NCBI GenBank assembly: GCA_021613535.1
Contig: CP075494.1
Coordinates: forward strand, 16,244,001 to 16,308,000
Direction of reading: 5' to 3'
Origin: Adineta vaga
Lineage: Eukaryota > Animalia > Rotifera
Length of the DNA stretch: 64,000 bases
Below are positions 13,327-25,664 of this stretch, piece by piece. Every line of letters starts with the position of its first letter. The stretch's first letter is position 1. The notes below the pieces were generated by a model, which was not told the DNA's origin, searched no databases, and was given only the letters and a program-made list of their open reading frames with translations. Made by a program: the position numbers and the translations under genes.

Positions 13327-14596
13327 AAAGAAATCACCAACCGTTATATATATAATAGTAACGTCGAGAGAATAGACTATTCCTGTGTTCGTCGAATCTG
13401 TATAAGAATTGTTATATCGGATTCGAATACATATAGCTATTTCTTTTCTCGTTCTTGTATATAATATCAAGTCAACCAAACTATACAACGAATTATCGAT
13501 ATATTCAGCCAATTCTTTGCTCGTTATTATATGCAATATGATATCGAGTCAACGCATCGGCTGATTCACGCGTCAACCAGCAAATTATTTCACTCGGTCT
13601 TATATACAATATGAAATCGAGTCAATGCATTTACTGATCAAAATTCGTTTCATATATATTCAAGCGCCTTTCTTTTTCCTTTCCTTTCCTTCTCTATTAC
13701 ATTTGTTTCTTTTCCTTACCACACCACTAAGATTTTTCACACGTCATTCCTTGTACATATACTAGAACTACACTTATTCTTCATCTTTCTACTTCTTTCT
13801 CTACGGACAAAAGACGTACGTCATGGGTCCTTGTTGTTTCTCTTTCAGCTTATATATAACAATGATACTAACCGTTGATTATATCTACTAGTGTTGTTTT
13901 ATATAATAAAGCTTTGTTACCAAAAAAAAAAAAAAAAAAAAAATGTCCATATGTTCAACATCATAGTGTAAAATATGATTCTAACACGAACCGAAATAAA
14001 AACAAATGAAAGATTATCTACACGAACTGTGAAACTTGATCCATAAAATCTATTCTATTGTAAAATTTTACACAATAGATGTTTCACGTAGAGTTACCTT
14101 TTATCAAATTCGGCTTTTCATCGGGAAACAATGAAAATACATTATGATGATCTCCCATGTCCATGTTAGTATTCTCTGCACCTACTGTTGTTAAATCATC
14201 TAAATTCAACTCATACTTTTCCAATCTAAAACATGCATTTCGATAAACATCAATTTTTAATTCACTTGAATCATCGATTAGATCAATGACTACTGAAAAC
14301 GAACTTGGTTCAACGTATCAATAGAAATTAAAATTTTATATTACCATATTTGTTGACACTTACATCAGAAAAATACTCAACGCAAATAGGATAAGTTTTG
14401 AAATTGCCCTTATTGTTTGTATCATATGAAAATGTGAATAGTAATAAGCATATTCGATTTCTTTCAAAACAATATTCGTAAAAGTACCGTGCTAAAACAT
14501 CTGTTGCAATAGCTGTAGCTTTTGTCCTGCCACAAGACAGCGATATATTCATGGATTGGTTTAATAGATGCAGTGATTAATTGATTATCAACACTA

Positions 14597-14676
14597 AATG
14601 TGAGGGTGGGGTGAGGATGGGATTGATCAATAAATATACCAATCACACATCCGCACCCACACACACCCTCAAGATT
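14597..14676. repeat. Intergenic palindromic element, copy 3
   Basis: aatgtgagggtggggtg ... cacccacacacaccctcaagatt. Confidence 0.85.
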
Positions 14677-14784
14677 TCTTGATCATTTTGAGAATCTTTG
14701 TTGAGATGCTTTCGTTTCGTTTTTCGAATCATGTTCAGTCGACAGGTACATCGTGAGTAAAAAGACCATTATGCATAAGAACGG

Positions 14785-15819
14785 CTATGGCGTTTCATTT
14801 CTTGCCGGATTTATTCGATTGGTATTGTTTCTATTTCTTCGTGTAGATGAATAACAAAATAATTTCATAAATTCACGACGAAATGTATATGATACCATTG
14901 TGTATAAATAAAATGATATAGCAGGAAAAAGAAATAATATCAAATCCGTCATGAAACTTATAAATCTTTCGATTGCTAAACGATCTATTGATTTATTTGT
15001 GACATAGATTGTTGATGCTGTATAAAAGAATAGAAGCATCCAAGGTGTTTGAGTGATGAGAAATACAATTGTTTGAAGTAAAAGCATTGCAAATACCTGG
15101 TGATCACGTCTTCGATCTTTCTCCTCATGATGATTCATAATTATTTGACGACGCTGATGCCGTTTCACTCTAAGATTTCGATGAATAAGCATAGCACAAA
15201 TAATCATAATCGAAGTTGGAAAAATACTTCCCGTTATTATTGTATAACTACTAAAATATAAGGATAGACCAACATTATACAAAATACCACATCGATTATT
15301 TCTTAAATTGAATAATACGAGAGCTTGTATTGGTAATATCAACCAAACAATAACAATCGATGGAATAACACGATAGGCAATACGAACTGAGGCAAAATTT
15401 CTCAATCGAACATTTGTTGAAGTCGAAATACAACGATCAATACATGCAACTGTTATACACCATCGATATATCATTGTACTCGATTGAAGAATATAGGTAC
15501 GAAGTTTACAAAAAGCTATATTTGTTGTGTATGGATTGTCATAATTAAGTGCATGTATATATGATCCAACACCCATTGGCAAAGCGATTAACATTGCTAT
15601 GGATGACATGATAAAATCTAAAATAATAATAAATATTATAAGTTGAAAATATTCATATGTGAATTTACAAGTGCAACAAGATATTGTTCGAAATTGTCGT
15701 CGACTTAATAAGATGATATTAAGACAAGAACCGGTAATACCAAAAATGAGATAAAATGAAAAAATATATTGAGTAATTTGATTTTGAATGAAGAGTAATG
15801 TACTATCTAAGGATGACAT
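14785..15819 (-). CDS. Class A orphan GPCR (probable short in-frame intron near 15619-15669)
   Basis: Seven hydrophobic segments, CIDRC (DRY-like), FYLYT..SYTFRREF helix 8. Confidence 0.85.
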   Translation of the reverse strand: MSSLDSTLLFIQNQITQYIFSFYLIFGITGSCLNIILLSRRQFRTISCCTCKFTYEYFQLIIFIIILDFIMSSIAMLIALPMGVGSYIHALNYDNPYTTNIAFCKLRTYILQSSTMIYRWCITVACIDRCISTSTNVRLRNFASVRIAYRVIPSIVIVWLILPIQALVLFNLRNNRCGILYNVGLSLYFSSYTIITGSIFPTSIMIICAMLIHRNLRVKRHQRRQIIMNHHEEKDRRRDHQVFAMLLLQTIVFLITQTPWMLLFFYTASTIYVTNKSIDRLAIERFISFMTDLILFLFPAISFYLYTMVSYTFRREFMKLFCYSSTRRNRNNTNRINPARNETP

Positions 15820-16328
15820 TTGACAAAGAAATATATTTCATTAATAATAATAATATTTTGTTCAAAATACAAAAGTTGATCTTATTTTAGAAATTCAAAA
15901 TAGAAGAAATGAACTGATATTCATTAAATTATAAAATACTTCATGTGTTTTATATGTTAGTGTCGGTTTTATTCTGTTCTTTTTGAAATTCTTTATGTGA
16001 AAGTAATGAATTGAATATAAAAATAACATAACTATAGATAAAAGGAATCTGTTTAATGAGAATTTCATTTTCATGTATAAAAGAGTTAATAGAGATAACA
16101 GAGATAACAGAGTATTAAAGTGAAGATGTCAATTAAAAGATTAGGAGATTGAAATGTATAAAAATAGATACTCAATTATCAAATTTATTTGATTATGTTT
16201 AATTCATTATTTCTTAAACAGTAAATTTATGTTATAATACAATCTTGATGAAAAATACACTTTTTCATCGCGAATAGATGATCATATTCAAAAACATAAT
16301 TAAATTTCAATAGGAATAGAAGAGATAT

Positions 16329-16379
16329 GGTGTAGATGTGGGTATTAGATAGATGTAGTACTCACACCCACATCTGCAA
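16329..16379. repeat. Intergenic palindromic element, copy 4 (degenerate)
   Basis: tgtagatgtgggt - spacer - acccacatctgca, about 12 bp beyond the RidA stop codon. Confidence 0.65.
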
Positions 16380-16390
16380 CGATACAGATT

Positions 16391-17073
16391 TTAATAAATA
16401 AAAAAATATACGATAAAATAGAAAGAAAAAGTAAATATAATAAAACTCGATAGAATGATCGAATGTTTATGAGTAGATGATGACGAGTGTGCATCACTAT
16501 TAGTAAGTTGTGTTATAAAAGCAGTACATTCAATTTCTACTTTAGCATTCATTGCTAATGCAGTAACTGCAACAGTTGTACGTACTGGATAATATTCAGC
16601 TAATGAAAAGAAGGAAGCATAGATTTGATTCATAATTTGATAATCATTTATATCAATTAAAAATACGCGACATTGTAATAATTCAGTTAAATTGGATCCT
16701 GCAATATATAATAAAGTTTCGATATTACGCATTGCCTGTTCAGTTTGATTTTGAACATCATCCGATATCAGTTGACGTGTTGTAAGATTCACACCAAGTT
16801 GTCCAGCTAAATAAAGAATTTGACCAAATTGAATAGCTGAATTATATGGAGAGGTTGGTTTAGGAACATTCTAAATAAAAATTATTGTATTATTAATATT
16901 ATTCAACGAAAAAATTAATTCGTATTTATATTTACTGGTATTGATATAATTTTCTTATGAGTATTGAGTTGTTGCAATGTTTCTCCTGTTGTTGATTCGG
17001 TCGATTTCTCTTCTGTAGCCGTATTGGTAGTAAAACTGTGTAAAACAATGAGAAAAATAAGAATTATTTTCAT
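16391..17073 (-). CDS. ridA: RidA/YjgF/UK114 imine deaminase with N-terminal signal peptide and hydrophobic C-terminal tail; 2 exons (intron 16871-16935)
   Basis: Spliced translation MKIILIFLIVLHSFTTNTA...PKPTSPYNSAIQFGQILYLAGQLG...YPVRTTVAVTALAMNAKVEIECTA...IILSSFIIFTFSFYFIVYFFIY. Confidence 0.85.
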
Positions 17074-18117
17074 TTTAGATAAGATATGATGTGATATGTT
17101 CACGATTTTCGTCAAATAGAACTTTTTTCTTCTTCACTATCTCTTTTTCGAGTATAATGTCGAGATGAAAATGATTGTATTTTATATTGTTCTTCTTTTC
17201 AATCACGTTCGTAACATTATAAAATCTTTTGATATATTGTATGTAGGACTTTATATGTATAATAAAACATGTAAATAAAAGTTATAGAAGATAAGACCAA
17301 TTCTATATTCATTAAGAAGCAATTATTTCTCATTGAAGTATGAATCCTCAAGAATATTTAAAAGAGCATGTAAATGACTAAAATGAAATGAGTAAGAAGC
17401 TTTTCTATCCAATCAAATTATCATCTTGATCAATATACATAAACCACACTCAGATACTCAAGTAAATGAAAGAGTATTTTTTTTTTTTATAAGTTTTATT
17501 TCATATTACAATAAATGATCTTTTAAAACTGTTTTTAAGAATGTGTTAAAAGATTATGAAAAGACAATTTCATTCCATTCGCACTTTTTAATATATTTAT
17601 AAAAAAATAAAATATCGTTTTTAGTAATTTTCAATTCTCGTTGATTGAAAATTAATGAATGTCGATGTTAATTTTGAGAAAGAAATATTCGGACGTGTCG
17701 CCTGTGGAAACATTGTTGAAAAATTTGTTTCGTTTTCGTTCGATATGTTGCCGATGATAATGTATAGATGTAAAAATTGAGCTAAAAATCAAGAAATTAT
17801 TTGAAAAATATGTCTCTCATTGTTTTTGTTTCAATGATATCTTAAAACAATAGATGAAAGTCTAATATTCATTTCTTTTTACTTTGTTTTCATATGTTAA
17901 TATCTAAACTATCATGTCATCATGTTTTGTATAAATGAAACAAAACTACGTCACAGTAAACTTTGCCATTTTCTATATTAATAAATATATAACCTATGAA
18001 GATCCACTGTTTCTTTATTCTCTGATAATTAAATTTTGAAAAAAAAACTCTGCTGACAAGTTAATCAAAAACAAAAGTTTTTAGAGAATAATAATATCAT
18101 GTTGTGACCAAAACCTT

Positions 18118-19221
18118 TCAGGAATTATAAATCTCTTTTTTTGACATGATCATATAGATAACTGAAAGTGAAAAATCAAAATAATTAAGTTTATATTTCA
18201 TGAAGTCTCGATACTGTTTTGAAAAAGTTGAAAAAAATATTCTTACCGTACAATAAATATAAGTTAAGATGGATGCAAATAAACTAACAAAACTTTCTAT
18301 TGCCGATCGATCAGCTGTTTTCTTTTCATTAGTTACAATCAACATGTAAACAACATAAACAGCATTAGGTAAATTGAATATAATATAGATGAGAACTTGT
18401 ACAAATGAAAGTCTAGTTAATTGTTTTTCTCTTTGTCGTTCTATGTTATGACCATTGGATTCTTGACTTCTACCATCTTGATAACTAATTGCATTTATCG
18501 TAGTAGTTCTCATCTGTGATCTAACAGTAGTCACTTGTCTTATTGTTGTAACAACATTTCTCTCTCGACGTAATCGTAATGCACGAATCTGTTTCATCAT
18601 TAGTAAAGTAAATACTGCCATAATAATAATAGGTATGATTGCATCAATAGATATGGTACATACAGTTGTGAATGTACTGTAAAAACCTGCTTGTCGACCA
18701 CAACTTGTTCCAGTACGATTATTTTCATAACCGATCAAAGTATGAACATAAAAAATTGCCCAACTTAAACAACTTATTGGCACGATCCATCTCGCTATTT
18801 TGAAAGAACTTAATTGTCTTGTTGAAACACGAGTTGATGTCATCAAAACTCGATCAATAGCAATTAGACATAAAAAATGACGTGCAATTGTTAAGGATAA
18901 TCCTGATATATAAGCACGACCTTTACAATACCAAGCAACATTACGAGATGGATCAGGTACATCAAGTGTTGATAATATTCTTGTTAAAAGACCAATATTA
19001 ATTGAAACAAGATTTGCAATGGATATAATAAGAAAATAGATTGAACATACACTTGTACGCAATGGTTCTCGAGAAAAGACAAGAATATTAAGAATATTAC
19101 CAATATTTCCAAGAATAAAAAATGGACAATAGACGTATCGAGTAAGTTGTACTCGTACATCAGCAAAGATTCCTGTTAAGACAGATGCTCCACTAGTTGT
19201 AGATACGACTGTTGATGTCAT
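18118..19221 (-). CDS. Class A orphan GPCR (3' end probably spliced near 18247)
   Basis: GNIGNILN, AIDR, seven hydrophobic segments. Confidence 0.8.
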   Translation of the reverse strand: MTSTVVSTTSGASVLTGIFADVRVQLTRYVYCPFFILGNIGNILNILVFSREPLRTSVCSIYFLIISIANLVSINIGLLTRILSTLDVPDPSRNVAWYCKGRAYISGLSLTIARHFLCLIAIDRVLMTSTRVSTRQLSSFKIARWIVPISCLSWAIFYVHTLIGYENNRTGTSCGRQAGFYSTFTTVCTISIDAIIPIIIMAVFTLLMMKQIRALRLRRERNVVTTIRQVTTVRSQMRTTTINAISYQDGRSQESNGHNIERQREKQLTRLSFVQVLIYIIFNLPNAVYVVYMLIVTNEKKTADRSAIESFVSLFASILTYIYCTVRIFFSTFSKQYRDFMKYKLNYFDFSLSVIYMIMSKKEIYNS

Positions 19222-20090
19222 TTAGTTTCCAGAAAATTTTCTATTTACTAATGAAAAGAAAAAAAAATCATTAATGAAAGATGTATTCTGATTATGTAGG
19301 AATATTGACTTATCTTACTCTAATAATCTGTCTAGAAAAAAAGAAATGCGTCGTTATACATTAGGAAAATTAAAAACAGGATTAAATATTAACGGATTAA
19401 AAATAATTAACGTATATCTATATGATTTAAAAGTGCGTTGTCACAAGGATCTGATTCTATTACATATTTCAAGTATCAATATTAGAACGTCAAAAAAGAA
19501 GAAAAAAAAGTTTTACCAAGAGAAAGAGTAGAACCCTGTTTTCAATATCATCTCTTAATTCGACTCAACTATTCAACATGTCTATATATTTAATTTCACT
19601 TCATCTGCAGAGCACAACGATGACATACAAGTATTAGATATTTTCTTATCAACAAGAAAATGTTATTAACACATATCTCTCGGTATAAAATTCTCTTGAT
19701 AATTAATTCATATATCGTAATATAAACTAGAGGATAATGTTGCAAAATTTAGAAAGAAAAAAAAAGCCATCTTGATAAAAGTCTTAAGAAAATAGCTACC
19801 AGATGAAAACTAATAAAAGTTATTAACGAGAAACATTTCGACAATGCGACGATAAGCTGTACGATATGTTTTGTGGATTGAGAAAAATGTTTCTGCTTTA
19901 TAGAATTTGATCTTTAAGTAGATTAACACGCATGATGAGCTTTTCGTAATATGTTCTTATTCAGTGATGAAATTAGTTTGAGTGAGAATAAATTTTTCCA
20001 TTGATTTTTCCTTATAAAAACAAGTGTGAGAGGTAGGTGTGCGTAGCTCATCGCTTTAACTTCATCCTCACAATTGTTTTTCAAATGTTA

Positions 20091-20165
20091 ATTGAGGGTG
20101 GGTGAGTGAGTGTGGGTGACAATGGGCTAAGAGTGTAGTCTTACACTCACCCACACCCTCAAGAT
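20091..20165. repeat. Intergenic palindromic element, copy 5 (a degenerate copy lies at ~20024-20072)
   Basis: attgagggtgggtgagtgagtgtgggt ... taagagtgtagtcttacactcacccacaccctcaagat. Confidence 0.9.
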
Positions 20166-20462
20166 GCTTATTCACCGCAAGAACATTGAGAAAATCTTGT
20201 CTTTTGATGAAATCATCGCAGTTATTATGATTATAGATAAGTGAACAAATTCTATTACCATATGCTGTTTAGGTGAAGAAAACAAATGTATTTTCATTAA
20301 CACAAGTCTACGCTGTATCTTGGAAAGTGTCAATCTTTCAATAGCACATCATCGGTTAGAAATAAGATATATATTTTTATGATGAATAAAATAGACAATA
20401 TTCTAGTTTATGAGTACGTAAAAAAAAAGAAATAGTTCTGTTGATTGTAATCTATAATCAGG

Positions 20463-20753
20463 TTAACAAGGCCGTTCACAACCTAAAATATCGAAAAATG
20501 TATAGCTCAAGATCTCATTATCGCTCTGACTTCAATAAAGAAGCTTAGAGAAATACTTACAACATCCACAACATGCTGCTATCCAGCATGGTGTCCATAA
20601 TCCTCCTGTTAATAGCCATAGTAAACAATGGCACCCGTGTTGAACATCTTTGTTCTGTTGTTGTTGCATAACAATAACTGGTTGATGATTCCCTGGATAT
20701 GGTTGTGTAAAGACAGGTGGAGCCTGAGGATAGTGCTGATAGTTTCCTTGCAT
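20463..20753 (-). CDS. Small Pro/Gln-rich protein with Cys-rich membrane tail (CYSTM-like), 2 exons
   Basis: MQGNYQHYPQAPPVFTQPYPG...HGCHCLLWLLTGGLWTPCWIAACCGC plus a short last exon ending CERPC*. Confidence 0.7.
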
Positions 20754-21773
20754 TTTGAGTTATTCAAATTGAAACTGTAGCAAAAAAAACATTTTACACT
20801 TTGCAATTCAACATAGAACCATAAAATCAATGATGATATAAAACAGTGTGGTTCATCCACACTCTAACTTCTGTCGATCGAATTAAGACATTGTTTCCAT
20901 GTATTAGTTTTCATTTCAATAGTAATCAAGCGACTGTTTCACGCTACTAACAAAAAGTAAGAATCAGGAATTCAATATTCACCTCGTGATCAATTGTCTG
21001 CTTCTGTTCTTCAAGCTTGTTTGTGTCATAAATAGTGAATTGTTATACTATTTATACATTCGGTATTTTTCTTTCTTTTCAAAATTCTATCAACACATAC
21101 ATAAACTCATAAGAATACTTGTGTGTGTTCAGTAACCATAGTTTTCATTACACGCACAAGGTCAATGAATTGAAAAGAAGTTGTTTGAAATCTTTGACTA
21201 AACGGTAGTATTAGTTATTTTACTTTCAAAGAAAAAATATTACTGTTGTCATTAATGATTTAGAAAGATTTATAATATTGCAATGAAAACATCAATATAC
21301 GAGATGTATCCATGTGAAGAGACGCTTCTTTTATATTAATAAACATTTGGAAATAGTACATTCTTTATTTATGTATGAAGTTTAATTGTTAAGCGTGTAT
21401 ATCTATGAGATTTTATTTATTGTCTTTCGAAAAATACCTTCATTTTATTTTTATTCTAAGTATCGAATGAAATATGTTGTATATTATTTTTGAATTCTCA
21501 GAATATCAATCTATCGATTTTATTTATTCCCAGTCGTGTACAATGCAGAACAGTAAGAAACATCGCTGTGATTTTAGTGAAAATCTGTTCGTTCTTTTTT
21601 CTCTTCTCATACTATAATCTCAAACGAAGTCCTTCTAGTGAGAAAATTTTCGATTTCTTCGTACCAATCAAGGCATACAAAGCATGAAAATGATGTTTCA
21701 TTAAGTATTCATCGTGTTCGCCGTTTTAAAAAGTGACTGGAAAAATATTTACTTCAAACATCGGCGAAAATTA

Positions 21774-21813
21774 TGTGGGTTCGCTAATATAAGACTGAGA
21801 ACCCACACCCTCA
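21774..21813. repeat. Intergenic palindromic element, copy 6 (left arm eroded)
   Basis: tgtgggttc - spacer - gaacccacaccctca. Confidence 0.75.
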
Positions 21814-21880
21814 TGTGTCTCAAATATTTTCATTAATTAAAATACAAAAAAAAAACGATGATCGAAGAGACTTTTTTTCA

Positions 21881-23596
21881 TCATTTCAATGTTCTCACAT
21901 AAGTGTTCCGATTGATCCAAATTGAGAAACGATGGATATAGTTCTTCCCATGAGAATTATATGTAATATCTAAACCTAATTTTTGTACTTCTATTTCAAT
22001 TTCAGATATAAGATAATCTTCTTGATCTCTAATAATATCGATATAAATCAATTTGGGTAAATTTTTGATCAAAAATAGAACATTTGATTTGTTTGTACCA
22101 CACCAAAGTTCTTCGAGATTACTGAATATTTCACAGAATCGTTCTATATCTTCTGAATTATTATAAAAACTAAAATATGTTTTTAATTTCTTAATTGATT
22201 TGTTTAAATATTTGCATAGTTCATAATCGTCGAAATGTTTTATTAATATATTTGGTTTAATACAAAGTGAAGATAATTGTTGTATTCCTTTTAATATATC
22301 TTCAAATATAGATGAACTTTCAAAAAAGATATTTTCGATAAGCAAATGTTTGATGTTTGACAAATTAATCATTTTAAAAAGACATTTTGCATTTTCATCC
22401 GTCAATTTATAATATTCTCCATTCCATGATTCAATTGTCTGTTGAATACTTAATGAAATAACATTGGGAAAATAAAACTGACTCTTCTCTGGTAACATTT
22501 CAGAAAAAATCGATAAATCAGTAACATTATCGAATGAATCGACATGTTTGTTATTTTCTCCTGTATATTGAAATGTATGAAATGGATATGGTATTGTATA
22601 AATTGATCTTGATTTTCTAAATATAAAATAATCTGTATACCAATGATGTTCGTTGCACCAAAAATCACTTTGAAATTGTTTGAAAATGTCAATAATTTTA
22701 TCAAATCTTTTTTCTGATAATTTGAATTCAAATTTGAAAATATTCAAATGAGGTAATGATGAATTTATCAATTCTTCCCATAGTTTAACATCAACTATAC
22801 TATCATGAATATCATTTCGTATTGTTAACTTTTCTAATATTGTTGTTTGTCGTAATATCATTTCAAGATAATAAAATTCATTTTCAAAACAACCGATATA
22901 CAATTCTTTAAGATTGATTTTCTTAGTTTTAGTAGAAATATCATTTTTCAAATTCAAATTTTCATATCTTTGAACTAAGAAAACACGATTTGTTTTAAAA
23001 TACATTAATTTTGATAAATCATTTAATAATTCATATAATTGACGCATTGTACATTCAGACAAAGTTAAATGAAAAAGCGATGAATATTGAATTGGAGAAA
23101 TTGAATGTGGAAGAGATTTGTGTAATATTAATGTTTGTAGTTGTGATAATGGTAAGTCTGATGCAATATCGAATGGTAGATAAAGATCTACATTTCGAAA
23201 AAAAGTTAATTGTGACAACAATGGTAATGTTAATTGAATTTGTTTCCAATCATTTTCAGTTAATTCGGTTAAAGTTAAAGAATGAAGATAAGAAAAGTCC
23301 AAAAGTGAGAATTTTGAAAGAAATAAATGAATTGGATAACATGTATTTTCATTTGATAAATGTAACGAACAGATTTGTTCTTTTATTCTTGAACTCATTG
23401 ACATTTTTTGACAAAATTGATCACATAAGAATCGTTGATAAACATTGTTGAAGTTTAATGATAGTGGAATAGATCGTATGAGAACATTGAAACGACTGTT
23501 TAGTTGATCAAATGAATAAAAAATATCGATGGCATTGAGATATTCAAAGCAGTGAATGAAGATTTCATTCGGTAACAGTTCTAATTTTATTTTCAT
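21881..23596 (-). CDS. F-box / LRR-like protein
   Basis: N-terminal LELLPNEIFIHCFEYL F-box motif followed by leucine-rich repeats; likely ATG at 23596. Confidence 0.8.
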   Translation of the reverse strand: MKIKLELLPNEIFIHCFEYLNAIDIFYSFDQLNSRFNVLIRSIPLSLNFNNVYQRFLCDQFCQKMSMSSRIKEQICSLHLSNENTCYPIHLFLSKFSLLDFSYLHSLTLTELTENDWKQIQLTLPLLSQLTFFRNVDLYLPFDIASDLPLSQLQTLILHKSLPHSISPIQYSSLFHLTLSECTMRQLYELLNDLSKLMYFKTNRVFLVQRYENLNLKNDISTKTKKINLKELYIGCFENEFYYLEMILRQTTILEKLTIRNDIHDSIVDVKLWEELINSSLPHLNIFKFEFKLSEKRFDKIIDIFKQFQSDFWCNEHHWYTDYFIFRKSRSIYTIPYPFHTFQYTGENNKHVDSFDNVTDLSIFSEMLPEKSQFYFPNVISLSIQQTIESWNGEYYKLTDENAKCLFKMINLSNIKHLLIENIFFESSSIFEDILKGIQQLSSLCIKPNILIKHFDDYELCKYLNKSIKKLKTYFSFYNNSEDIERFCEIFSNLEELWCGTNKSNVLFLIKNLPKLIYIDIIRDQEDYLISEIEIEVQKLGLDITYNSHGKNYIHRFSIWINRNTYVRTLK

Positions 23597-23782
23597 TAAC
23601 ACAAATAACAACACAAATTTGTAAGTGAAACAAGAATGTGTCTTTACTTTTCTTTTTAAATAATAAAAAAAAACCATTTGAATACGATTTACAAATATAA
23701 ATTTACCTTTTCATAATAAATAATACACAATGTGTTCTGCTATCTTATTCGAAATGACGTATCATGTTGAAGATAAGGATGG

Positions 23783-23877
23783 CTGAAGGTGGGTGTGATT
23801 GCATGGGTGAGAGTGAGAGTGTGACACGTGAATGCGCATGAGGCTATACTCTTTACACACACACCCACCCTCAAGAT
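23783..23877. repeat. Intergenic palindromic element, copy 7
   Basis: ctgaaggtgggtgtg ... cacacacccaccctcaagat. Confidence 0.85.
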
Positions 23878-24185
23878 GGTTCTCTAGCTTTCTTCTATCA
23901 GATGATATCGGTAATTCAAGACTGCCGGGTAACTTTTGTGCCACCCTGCAGTTTGCTTCATTGGCAGTGCAAAATAATTTTAAAAAAAAGAGGTGAACGA
24001 GTTATATTGTTTTGTTAATTTCAAGATATATTTATATGTTCAAGTGTGATGGATAATTGAGTTGAAGTGAAATTTAAAGGACGTCATTATTCGAACAAAA
24101 GAAAGAAGGAAATGAAGAAACTTAAAATTTCATTCGTCTTACATTTTGTCGTTTGAAGAGCTTTATTTCTCGTTCTTTATCAAAA

Positions 24186-25523
24186 ATGAAACAAGCAGTT
24201 TTCTTATTGATTTTAACTACGAATATCGTCAATATTGATGGTGCCAAACGTATTGCTTATGTTTATAATGCATCGTATATCTCTGTCAATCATAGCGTTA
24301 GTATAACATATCAAAATACATGTTCTGAATGTATTTGTCAAGGATTGCTCGCAAATGTTTATCCACCATATGTAGGACTAAACTGTTATAACAATAATAA
24401 AACATGTGTATTATTTACTGAATATACATCAATATCAATGATACGAATTAATCTTGATTCAACATTTATATTTACACAATTGTCACTCTTACAGAATACA
24501 TCGACAGGTAATCAAAATTTATATTATATGCTGAAGAGAATTCTGTAACATATACAACTGTGAATGTCTATTTTTGACCTTTTTCTAGTGTCATTTCCAC
24601 TGAGTGGAGTTACGGTCGCTGGATATGAAAACGGTAGCTCAGGAGCAGCCAATAACGCTTTGAACGAACCATGGGGTTTAGCAGTTGGAGCAAATGATAC
24701 TCTTTATGTTGTTGATTCCTCTAATAACAGAGTGATGAGGTTTCAAGAAGGATCTTTGTCAGGAACGGTAGTCGCTGGAACAACTTCAGGTGGTAAAAAT
24801 GCCGATCAATTGAAAGATCCGACAGAAATTTCTATCGATGCAAATTTGAATCTTTATATTAATGATCAATCAAACCACAGGGTGATGTTATGGTACAATG
24901 GCGCAACGTCTGGTATTGTAGTCGCTGGTAACAGTTCTTCGGGAGCTACATTAAGCACATTAAATACTCCTATTGGATTAGCTGTTGATTCTCAAAAAAA
25001 TATTTACATTAGTGATTCACGTAATCATCGCGTAGTACAATGGACTTCGACGTCAATTGCTGGTACCATTATAGCGGGTATTACAAATATATGGGGTAGA
25101 AATAACACACTGTTGAATACACCAGCTGGACTTTATTTCGATGAAGACAATTCTTATCTCTATATTGCTGATCGAAGGAATTTCCGTATTCAACGATATA
25201 GTCTAGGTAACACATTACACGGAACTACTGTAGCCGGTGGCAATGGAGCTGGATTAAATGATATTTCTTTAGATACATCCTATGGTGTATGCATTTCAAA
25301 GAACACAGGCAATATCTACATTGCAGATACAGCCAACCATCGAATTCAACGATGGAGTCCAGGTGCAACCAGTGGAGTGACTATCGTTGGTGTTACTGGA
25401 ATAAGCGGTAACAATGCGACGTTATTGAATGGACCAAAAAATGTTGCCTTAAGTTTGAACGAAACCTATTTGTTTGTGAGTGATACGAACAACAATAGAG
25501 TACAGCGATATAAACTGGTGTAA
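24186..25523 (+). CDS. Secreted NHL-repeat (beta-propeller) protein with N-terminal Cys-rich PAN/apple-like module; intron 24508-24588
   Basis: Signal peptide MKQAVFLLILTT; CSECIC...CY...TC; repeats LNxPxGLAVD...YIAD..NHRIQRW. Confidence 0.9.
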
Positions 25524-25664
25524 TTGAAGACTTGACATTAATATCAGAACGACTAAGACAGATCGTGACTTAAATTTAAACTAAACTAAATTTTCATCCA
25601 TATTCTTGTAATATATTGTCCAGTTATTGTTGTAAAACGTATAATTTTTTATCTTTTCTGAAAG

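Larger units (their letters stand above)
9124..13942 (+). mobile_element. Full-length non-LTR retrotransposon (Jockey/I group LINE)
   Basis: 16-bp TSD atgtccatatgttcaa at 9108-9123 and 13943-13958; gag-like ORF1, APE-RT ORF2, ~600-bp 3'UTR, aataaa and poly(A) tail. Confidence 0.95.
8959..14595 (-). mobile_element. hAT-like DNA transposon relic interrupted by the LINE
   Basis: Transposase-like fragment LSCGRTKATAIATDVLA / DTNNKGNFKTYPICVEYF at 14330-14595 (minus); candidate TAGGG terminus at 8959. Linking the two parts is inferred from the LINE TSD. Confidence 0.4.

Noticed and set aside
13300-13536. 78-aa ORF repeated at 45361-45597
   Set aside because: Identical only because both lie in the duplicated LINE 3'UTR; no coding signature.
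23011-23451. 146-aa plus-strand ORF
   Set aside because: Antisense to the F-box gene, low complexity, non-ATG start.
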